NCBI GenBank assembly: GCA_045837725.1
Contig: JBEWZL010000008.1
Span: 1-64,000 of the forward strand
Source of the DNA: Vermamoeba vermiformis
Taxonomy: Eukaryota
Direction of reading: 5' to 3'
DNA: 64,000 bases
Program-made: the position numbers and the translations under genes
In this document: positions 1 through 9,033 of the stretch, piece after piece
Numbering within the stretch: position 1 is the first letter of the stretch
Layout: each line of letters starts with the position of its first letter
Notes under the pieces: model-generated
Database searches by the model: none
Seen by the model: only the letters and a program-made list of their open reading frames with translations
Told to the model about the DNA's origin: nothing

Positions 1-2
1 GT

Positions 3-155
3 CCCTAACCCTAACCCTAACCCTAACCCTAACCCTAACCCTAACCCTAACCCTAACCCTAACCCTAACCCTAACCCTAACCCTAACCCTAACCCTTAAC
101 CCTAACCCTAACCCTAACCCTAACCCTAACCCTAACCCTAACCCTAAACCCCTAA
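3..155. repeat. Telomeric repeat array (CCCTAA)n / (TTAGGG)n; left chromosome end
   Basis: About 25 consecutive CCCTAA units at the very start of the window, with 1-2 variant units and C-rich strand on +. Confidence 0.98.
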
Positions 156-179
156 AAGTCATTGATACCATGATAATGA

Positions 180-660
180 TGACATCATCACCATCATTAT
201 CATCATCATCATCATCAAATAACTTCAACTTTCATCATTTTTTTCAAAACTACCCCCTGCGGGGATTGATCCCCAGCAAGAGTGCGCGCGGAGCGCTATT
301 AGATCCAAATAGCATTCTTTTTGCTCTTTTTTATGCGTGAAATGATGGGAATCACGCGCGTTAGCGCGACTATCCCATACTTAAAGCGTATGTGTACCAG
401 AGAACCATCATGGATACCATTGCAATGATGATCATCATCGTCATCATCATCATCATCATCATCATCATCTACTAATTTCACTTTTCATTGACTTTCTTCA
501 TAAGTTACCCCCTGCGGGGATTGATCCCCAGAAAGAACGCGTGCGGAGCGCGACTAGATCCAAATCGCGTTCTTTATGCTCTTTTTCACGTGAAAACGAT
601 GGGATTTACGCGCGTTAGCGCGACTATCCCGTACTTAAAGCACGCGTTGCTGTTACTTTA
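180..660. repeat. Telomere-adjacent ~255-bp tandem duplication (two diverged copies, each a (CAT)n tract plus a hairpin-rich core)
   Basis: TACCCCCTGCGGGGATTGATCCCCAG...CGCGCGTTAGCGCGACTATCCC.TACTTAAAGC at 251-390 and 506-645; (CAT)n tracts at ~184-217 and ~430-470. Confidence 0.9.
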
Positions 661-1919
661 CATTGATTAGTATACCAATGATGAAGAATGACATCCTTCA
701 TTCTTCCGTTGATTTAAAGCATTCGTGTACCAATTAACATTCATTGATTAGAATTAACAATGAAATTTCATTCTGTTATCCTCATCATTTCATTCATTTT
801 TATTTGGGGCCCCGCGGGGATCTGCGATGAAACCCCTCACGCATCAACTCTACCAATATCAAGGGGTTAATAATTGATTATATATATATTAAATCGTAAA
901 TTAACTTACCTATTGACCACCGCGCTGATATTCAGTTCGCGCACATCCGCTCATGTTTCGCAGCCGAATTCACTAACTTTAATCAGACCCTTGCACTAAC
1001 AATGTAAACGATCTTATAATGCAATAATAAAATACATATCGAATTGACTTACTTTTAGCGAGATCGACTCGCGATTAAGCACGGGGATCAACGGGGATCA
1101 GCAGTAAATGCGAACATGAATTAATTCTAACAAAATAACGGGTTAGTAAGCGCTTTTATATGATAATAAACATAAGTTACCTTACCAATTAACTACCGGG
1201 CTGATTTTCAGATCGTAAATCGTCTCAAGTTGCGGATCGATTTCCTTCTCACTGTCAACTATTTGAGTCGCTATATTAATATAAACCGCTGGTATTTATT
1301 TAATATGATCTATTTTCAATACTTACCAGTGCCTTTTCTTCGTGCCAACAAAATATTAAGCGCGATCAGATCGCGTGCCTCGGTTCCATTCAATCGCTCC
1401 CACATAATGATCTGTATTAAAAACGATGTTACTACCTTATAATTATTATAGAACGCAATGTACTTACATTTCGCATTTCGCAGTCGTACTTTTGTTCGCG
1501 ATCCAAGATCCCCAAGTCCAACATCGACGTAATCAGGCCAGCTAAACAATAAGCGCATTAGAACAACTATTAAAAGTGTTATTTAATGTAATTTACTTAA
1601 GAGCCATCAGTGCAGAATTTTATCGAGATCGGTCGCGACCAAAAATTCTGGGGCAATCTGTAATAACAATACGAGTTAGCATATTATTGTACAATAATAA
1701 ACTAAACGATATTATACAGAAAATTCGGATAAAATGCGAGCACTAAGCTCGATCCGAATATTCCAATTATTTGACACAAAATTTAAATTGAAATTATACA
1801 ATATTTGTATTCAAAAATATTACCCTGATTTATCTCGGTCTCTGCACCGAGATTCGCGCAAGTCTTGATCTCGCGCACTGTCTCGCGCTGCAATTAGAAC
1901 GGATTTTGATGCCAATTAC

Positions 1920-2420
1920 ATTATAACCACGACGCTTGTTTTAAGCGTATGAAATGCGTGTGAAACATGCTCATTCTTCATGTTTCGACCAATTTAAAGC
2001 ATTCGTATACCAATGGACAGGCATTGATCCCATTGATACTCCATTTCATTATAAGCACGACGCCAGCATTAATACGCGCGTAAAACATTCATTCTTATTA
2101 TAACCATGACGCTAACATTTAGCGTACGCATGAAACAGGCATTTTCATCATGTTTCAACACATTTAAAGCACGCGTGTACCAGTTAACCAACATTGATAC
2201 TTCAAAAATGAAATCTCATTATAGCCATGACGCTCAGATAGAGTGTACGCGCGCTGAAACAGAGCGTTCTTTCTGTTTCAGCAGATTTAAAGCACGTGTG
2301 CAAGTAAATGGCATTGATACCATACCAATGATGAAGCATGATACCCTTCATGCTTCTATTCACTTAAAGAATTCGTATACCAGTTAACTAACATTAATTC
2401 CATTTTCACAATGAAATTTC
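1920..2420. repeat. Degenerate subtelomeric patchwork repeat
   Basis: Recurring TTTAAAGCA..CGTRTACCA and CATTGATAC motifs at ~1993, 2164, 2286 and 2364; also at ~381 and ~713. Confidence 0.6.
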
Positions 2421-2519
2421 ATTCTCTTTTCTCTCTTTTCTTCTTTCATTCTATTATGCAACGACGCTGAAAGTCGTTTGGCGCGTGTTAACTATCAATA
2501 AGAACTATTGCAATAAGAA

Positions 2520-2910
2520 TAAATCGACCCTTGTGGTCGATCTGATGCGAATCTATTTTCGCATCAACTTGTCATCCAAATAACTCGCGCTGAACGGCCG
2601 TTGCGACCGTGGCGCGTCACTTTCTGCTGTTAATGATCTTTAAATAAAAAATATTTCGACCCTTGTGGTCGATCTGTTGAATTGCTGATGCGAAATAACC
2701 CATGCAACCGTTTTCGCATCAGCTCTGATCCAAAATAACTCGCGCTGGAACGGCTCTGGTGCCGCGGCGCGTTACTATAGGCTGCAAATGAACTAATTGT
2801 ACGATGATAACTAAATCGACCCTTATGGTCGATCTGTCAAGGTTTAATAAAAATAGCATTCCAGATGACGCGTGCAAATTCAGCATATTGAAATAACTCG
2901 CGCTGAAACG
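2520..2910. repeat. Three tandem ~130-160 bp hairpin-containing units
   Basis: TCGACC-N5-GGTCGA at 2524, 2656 and 2816; AATAACTCGCGCTG at ~2579, 2734 and 2892; GATGCGAA...TTCGCATC stems in units 1-2. Confidence 0.85.
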
Positions 2911-4007
2911 ACGTTGAGACAAAACATAAGTAAAGTAACGCCAAAAATCAATGAGTTTATTTGAAATCGTCACACAATCACCATTGGGAAGATCCGATCA
3001 CAAGCAGGTGGCACGTTCTGTATAACCAGTGCTGACTGGCGCCGTAATAATATGCATTGGAAATAAATAATTGACGGGCAGTCGTGGTAAATCTGTCCGT
3101 AACTCTTTTAGTAATTCGATCTTTTTTTCTGAACCGCGAGTAACGGTCACTTCCGGATTTAGAAAAAATCGACATTCGTCTGCTGGGAAAATCGACACTC
3201 GTCGAGTACCGGACAATAGTCTGTGTCGGGACATAACCCCACACGACCAGAAACGCCGTCGAAATATTTATAACAATACAACCACAAGCTGGCATAACAC
3301 GTTAGCAATTGTTGGCTTCGTAACACGAGTTGGTTGGACTTGCTAGGAAGACTCAAGTCTTCTTTGCACAGCGGATTGTTCCTGCGAACGTGCTAATTGC
3401 ATGCTCTGCCCTGCAAGTGCAGTGATCATTAGCGTCAGTAACCTTTATTAATATAATTATTTTTTAGTTTATTAATTAATATTCTTTCAGTAAAGCCGAT
3501 CAACGTTGTTTTAAATGGCGAAGTTGCCCCATTCGTGCAAGCCAAGACCATTACACCATAATCAAGAGAGCAGGTAATAGGTTTTTATCAAATTGCATTT
3601 TTTACTGTATTTAGATCGCAATACTAATTTCAGATACGACGGCAGATTTTGCGCAGACAACAAGTCTTTGGTCGGATTGCTGTATTGTTGAGCGATGCAA
3701 GTAAGGGGCTCAACAATGATGAATGATAGCACCTGGGGGGTAAGTTATTTTAATTTACTTTTTTAAATCAATTGCGCGGCATCTCACCGTTTTTGTTCTT
3801 GTAGCACTACTGGCCTGATTTTGTTGAAAGCGTGCACCTGGTGAATGTTTTCAAAGTAGATGATGCATAGCGCTGGCAGGCCCGGCTGAAGTTGGGTAAG
3901 TCTCCTCTCTCTCTGAATTTTGTGAGATTAACTAATCCGATCAGTTTCTCCTTCACAATAGCTGCGTGATTCTCACTGCCCTGCTATACCGTGACTCAGC
4001 TCGACAC

Positions 4008-4374
4008 CGTCCAGTTATTGGACAATCCCTCAGTGTGGCTCGAACCGTCCAGAAGCAGGATGCTTGTTGGTGCTTGGCTGGCACCGTTCCAATTATTGGA
4101 TGGTCCCTTCAGCTGCATGACTCGCACGTTCTACTTATGGATAGTCCTCTCGGTGCCGAGGCCTAGACGCAACACCCAAGATTTAAACGCTTCATTGGTG
4201 CAGGCTGGCACCGTTCAAGTCATGGACGCTTTGTGGGTGCGTGGCTCGTGCTGTCCAAGACCTGGACATCCCCTCGTTGCCTTGATTAACCCATCCAAGT
4301 CTTGGAAACTACATTGTTGCTTGGCTTGCACCATCCAGACTCTGTGCTTGGTTGGCCCATCCAAGTCTTGGATG
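4008..4374. repeat. Array of ~10 degenerate 17-nt CRTCC-N7-GGAYR motifs, ~40-nt period
   Basis: Motifs start at 4008, 4046, 4086, 4127, (4173), 4212, 4252, 4292, (4332) and 4358; best copy is CATCCAAGTCTTGGATG. Confidence 0.75.
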
Positions 4375-4429
4375 CTTTGTAATTGTAAAATAAACCTTAT
4401 TTTGTTGTACAAGGTGCCATTCAGGGGTA

Positions 4430-5135
4430 TGCAAAGGGTGTACAGAGCACTGTACAGGGTGTGATGGGGCATACAGCATGCTGTACGGGGGGTGCGATGG
4501 GGTGTACAGCTTGCCGTACAGGGGTGTGAAGGCACGTACAGCGTGCCGTACAGGGGTGCGAGGGTGCGTACAGCGTGCCGTACAGGGGTGCGAGGGGGTG
4601 TACAGCGTGCTGTATGGGGGTGCGAGGGGGTGTACAGCATGCTGTACGGGGGTGTGAAGGGGCATACAGCATGCCGTACAGGGGTGCGAGGGGTGTACAG
4701 TGTGCCATACGGGGTGTGAGGGGGCGTACAGTGTGCCGTACGGGGTGTACAGCGTGCTGTACAGGGGTGTGATGGGCGTACAGTGTGCTGTACGGGGGTG
4801 TACAGCGTGCCGTACAGGGGTGCGATGGGTGTACAGCACGCCGTACAGGGGTGCGAGGGGGCGTACAGCGCGCCGTACGGGGTGTACAGCGTGCTGTACG
4901 GGGGTGTGATGGGCGTACAGTGTGCTGTACGGGGGTGTACAGCGTGCCGTACAGGGGCACGATGGGTGTACAGCACGCCGTACAGGGGTGCGAGGGGGTG
5001 TACAGCGCGCCGTACGGGGGTGCGATGGGTGTACAGCGTGCCATACGGGGGTTTGAGGGGGCGTACAGTGTGCCGTATGGGGGTTCGAGAGGGTGTACAG
5101 CGTGCCGTATGGGGGTGTGAGGGGGCGTACACCAA
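4430..5135. repeat. G-rich degenerate satellite, unit ~GTACAGCGTGCCGTACAGGGGTGCGAGGGG
   Basis: About 700 bp of GTAC/GGGG-containing units with strong G/C strand asymmetry. Confidence 0.95.
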
Positions 5136-5459
5136 AGTGTATGCATGGTGATTTTTTTTTTTGTTAACAAAAATCCTAGCCCCAGCCCTAAATCCTATAT
5201 AATAGCATAGTCCCAGTGGTTGAGTGCTTGGGCACTCCCACCTGGCACTATGCTCTGCCTGTCTGTGCATTCTCAAGAGTTGAAGTGGCATCTGGCTTTA
5301 CAGTAAGTTAATTAATATTTTTACCTTGGCACTGCTTGCTGGTAGATTAGCCAGTGCTATTTAATTTACATTTGATTATTTTGTTAGCCTTGAAATTAAT
5401 TATTTTGAAAATTATTTGTTTTTCCTGGGTCAGCCACAGCTACATCCAGGCTTTTTGCG

Positions 5460-5795
5460 ACTTTGTTTTTTCAGCCCCCGGTTCCTCGTGGAACCAACCC
5501 CTTGCTAGGACATTGTTTTTTGGCAGGGTCGGTTCCTCGAGAAACCGGGGGTTTTGGACATTGTTTTTTTCCAGGGGCGGTTTCACGTGATACCGGCCCT
5601 TTTTGGACTTTGTTTTTTTTCGGTTTGCTTCTTGGACTTAGTTTTTTTCAGGGGGCGGTTTCACGTGATACCGCCCCTTGTTTGGACTTAGTTTTTTTCA
5701 AGGGGCGGTTTCACATGATACCGCCCCTTGTTGGACTTTGTTTTTTTCAAGGGTCGGTTTCACGTGATACCACCCCTTGATGGACTTAGTTTTTT
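5460..5795. repeat. Palindromic minisatellite, ~50-nt unit GGGGCGGT-TTCACGTGAT-ACCGCCCC plus GGACTT(A/T)G-T7
   Basis: Six hairpin units; four carry the TCAC(G/A)TGA core (5583, 5661, 5711, 5760), and the first two are more diverged. Confidence 0.9.
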
Positions 5796-6328
5796 TTTAA
5801 TTTCTTTAGGACTTTATATTTTTAACCTCTCTCTTAGGACTTCAATTATACCAAGCCTTCCTGGACTTTGTCTTGCAGCCTTGAACTCTACCTCCTTTGT
5901 AAACATTTGTAAATAAAACTTCTTTACATCCAGACTTTGTTTTTTAATTGGACTATAGTAGAATTACCCTTTCATCTAAAAACAAAGTGACCCATTTTAT
6001 ATTATTCTATTTAACTTGTTTGACTTAGCTATTTTGAACATGAGTTTAAATAAAAAGAATGTTCGTGAAAAAGTTCAACAAAAAACAAGTTTAAGGCCTC
6101 TTTAAACTCTATAACCTGTGGGTTTTTATAACCCAGAAGCCTACTATAGTTGCGTTTTTATTACAGTTCAGATCGTGCAAGTTCACAGCCTTCCAATACT
6201 AGGTACGTTTAATTTATAAATTATAAAAAAAATAACGATAAATAATAAGAAATATTACGATATAATTATGCCAGCATTTATTTTAAATTTTTAGTAATTT
6301 TAATTTTAATAATTTCCCGATCCTTCAG

Positions 6329-6443
6329 AGGTGTCCGTTCTGCTTCCCAAGGTTTGCAATCTAGTAGCGAATGGGTACGGACACGAACGGAACGAGATTC
6401 GGGTACACGATCCAGTTCCCAAAAACCACGTAGCAGTGAGCAA

Positions 6444-6484
<41 letters not shown>

Positions 6485-8456
6485 AGGTCGTGGTCGAGGT
6501 CGTGGTCGAGGTCGTGGTCGTGGTGGTAGTCGTGGAGGCACACATCCAGATCGTGCAAGATCTCAGGAGGACGATCAGAGACAATCAGCGAACAGGCGTG
6601 CGGAGCGCTCGTCAGAGGGCGATGATTTGGAGCAAGAATCCTCTGAGGATAAAGGCTCGCAGCGGGGCTCACCATCAAAAAGATCTCGCCCTTCAAAAAA
6701 TCAACGCGAGAAATCGAAGCAATCGAGCGTTGAAGTTGACCCTGACGCAACGCAAATAGTGACCTCACAGCCAAGCACTCGGCTGTTAGAAGTGCATGAC
6801 GGTGATGAAGAAAGTACCGATGCGCAGAATCGCATCGAGGACCAAGTGGAACTTGAGATTGACGCGGTAAGTTTCTTAGTTTCTATAATATAGATAATCT
6901 AACGGCTTGTAATAGAGTGTACCTTCAAACACAAATGTTCAGGACTCGGCAGCAGAAGCGCCCCACGAAAACGACGGTCAGGTATCGACAAAACGTAACC
7001 ACAAAAAGTTGGTAGCTAATATTTGAGCTAATAGGAAATTGAAAGAGAATCCCCAGCCGTTACCGAAAGTGCGGTACATAACCAACAAGAATCAGGACAG
7101 TCTTCTGATTCTTCACAAAAACCCCTATCTGAGGGACATGGAGATGTCTCTTCTCTGGATAATGAAGCAGGCTCTGGTGCGGAAGTTGGAACAGAAGCGC
7201 AGGATAGTCAGGTAAGCAAATAGTAGCTACGGGCAGCCCATAGCTAATATTTGGCACAGGCAAATGACGGAGGCCAGTTCGAACCTGCTTCTTCTTTGGA
7301 GATTGAAAGCGCTCAAAGACCCAGAGCCGAGCCAAACCAAAACCAGATTATTGACACCCCTGTAGTGAACGAGCCAAGCCAAAACCAGAGCGTTGATGCC
7401 CCTGTAGTGAACGCAAGCAGTCAAGCTGTGCAGGGGGTGGGAAAGGGAGACAAAGCGCCTGCTAGAAAAGTAAGTCGATTCATACAGCAATGCAGCTGTG
7501 CTAACTTTGGTGTTGAAAGAGAAAGCGTGTCATTAATGACGAAAATCTCTATGACTCAGAGAGTGATGGTAGAAGATCCTCAGCCAAGCAAAACAAGCGA
7601 CGAAAACAAGTAGGCAAAGTTAGTGAGGATGACTACCCAACGGGCAAAAAGCCAACGTCGAAAAAAAGGAAGGCCACCAAGAACAATACTAATGAGAAGC
7701 CTGCAAAAAAGGTGGGTAGCATTATAAAAACTGAATATTTCTAACGCATTCATATTTAGAGAAAGGTTAATAAAGAAAGCTCGTCATCGGAATCAGAGGA
7801 GGATCCACCCCCAATTAACTTCTCTGTTCGAAAAGCCAAGGTCTATAACCGCCCACAAACTGCTCCCTTTCAAGAGGTAGTAGAAAGAATTATGGCGAAG
7901 GACAACGTTGCTCAAGCTGAAGCTGAAGCTGAAGCCAAAAAGGCCCTGAAAAAGTTTCACGAACAACTGAGTAAGTTTTAAGTTTAAAGTTGATGTTAGC
8001 TTACAATTTTGGTGTTTAGCAATGAAGGAGATGAATATTTACAAAAACACAGAGGGTGTGTTTTTATCAAAACGCCGCTTTGCATTGATAGTCAGGGACA
8101 TCACTTACAACGCTGCAGATGAGGAGTATAGGTGGCAAAGAGGAGCCTTGGATGCATTGCAATATGCTTCTGAGGGTTTTATTTCCGATCTTTTTACTAT
8201 GGCACAGCTCGCCACCATTCATGCCCGTCGTGAAACGGTCATGGTTCGAGATATGCAATTAGTATATGAAGTGCACAATGTCGCTTCTGATGCTGTTTTG
8301 CATAACTTGAAGCATAGCCTTCAAGACTCTGCAAAAAAAGATGGAATTAAGCTTTCTACTAAGCCTGCTTCCACTGCAAAGTCAAAGCCAAAGTCCAAGT
8401 ACAGTAAAAAGGAGCTTAGAGAGCTTGTTCTTAAAGAGAAACAAGCAAAGAAATAA
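6329..8456 (+). CDS. Giant histone H3-fold protein, CenH3/CENP-A-like (>=609 aa; start codon not located)
   Basis: In-frame exons 6329-6866, 6916-6981, 7035-7211, 7260-7469, 7520-7711, 7760-7970 and 8020-8456, all with GT-AG introns. The last exon aligns to the H3 fold (MKEMNIYKNTEGVFLSKRRFALIVRDI...RWQRGALDALQYASEGFISDLF...IHARRETVMVRDMQL). (GR)n tract at ~6443-6540. Confidence 0.85.
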
Positions 8457-8559
8457 GATTTTATTTTTGAATGAATTTATTTAATAAATGTGGTTTTGTC
8501 TGATTTGGGTTGTGAGCTGTTTATCAAGTTTTTGTTGGTTTTGCCAAGCTGGTTCACAC

Positions 8560-8828
8560 CATACGAATTTCGGATGCCTATACTACCTTGGTTATTTCAG
8601 AGAACAACCCTTTCAGACCATCCGATTTTCGGACGCTCTCAAAAGCAGCTACGAAAATGTAATAGCCAATATTCAGATGTGCAAGGCATCCGAACTTAGG
8701 ATGGTCTGAAAGTGCTGTGAAATCTCTTATAAGCCTATTGAAGACCATCCGAAGTTCGGATGCCCATGTGGAAGAATATCAGCTATGAAAGTTACATAGC
8801 TGCTTTTTGACCATCCGAAGTTCGGATG
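8560..8828. repeat. Array of five 17-nt palindromes CATCCGAA-N-TTCGGATG (59-68 nt period) with nested inverted repeats
   Basis: Motifs at 8560, 8619, 8687 (inverted context), 8746 and 8812. TTTCAGACCATCC/GGATGGTCTGAAA and AAAAGCAGCTA/TAGCTGCTTTT form longer inverted pairs. Confidence 0.85.
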
Positions 8829-9033
8829 GCTGTGGGAGACGCTTTGACAAAGAATAAACTCATTTATTTTACATCATACAAGCAGGGACTCTTCACCCCT
8901 CAACCTTTAACCTTAACCCCAAAGGTATATTAATTCAGCAGAAGTCTAGGATATATCACACACCAATTCAATTTTGAAGCCATGAGTAAGAGCAACCCTG
9001 GCTGTTTTATTTACAAAACAGTAGTAAAGATTT

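Noticed and set aside
299-481. Poly-Asp ORF
   Set aside because: Translation of the (CAT)n microsatellite in the subtelomeric repeat.
4215-5291. Long ORFs on both strands (up to 358 aa)
   Set aside because: Artefacts of a stop-free GC-rich satellite; repetitive peptides in all frames.
6278-6774. Poly-Val, poly-Thr, (PR)n and (DH)n ORFs
   Set aside because: Alternative frames of the GGTCGT repeat; only the (GR)n frame splices through to the histone fold.
8560-8828. CRISPR-like array (palindromic repeats with 40-50 nt spacers)
   Set aside because: Eukaryotic telomeric context with no cas genes; repeats are only ~17-23 nt, one is inverted, and the spacers are related to each other by inverted repeats.
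3960-8860. Terminal inverted repeats / target-site duplication for the putative element
   Set aside because: Only short partial matches by eye, so it is not annotated as a mobile-element feature.
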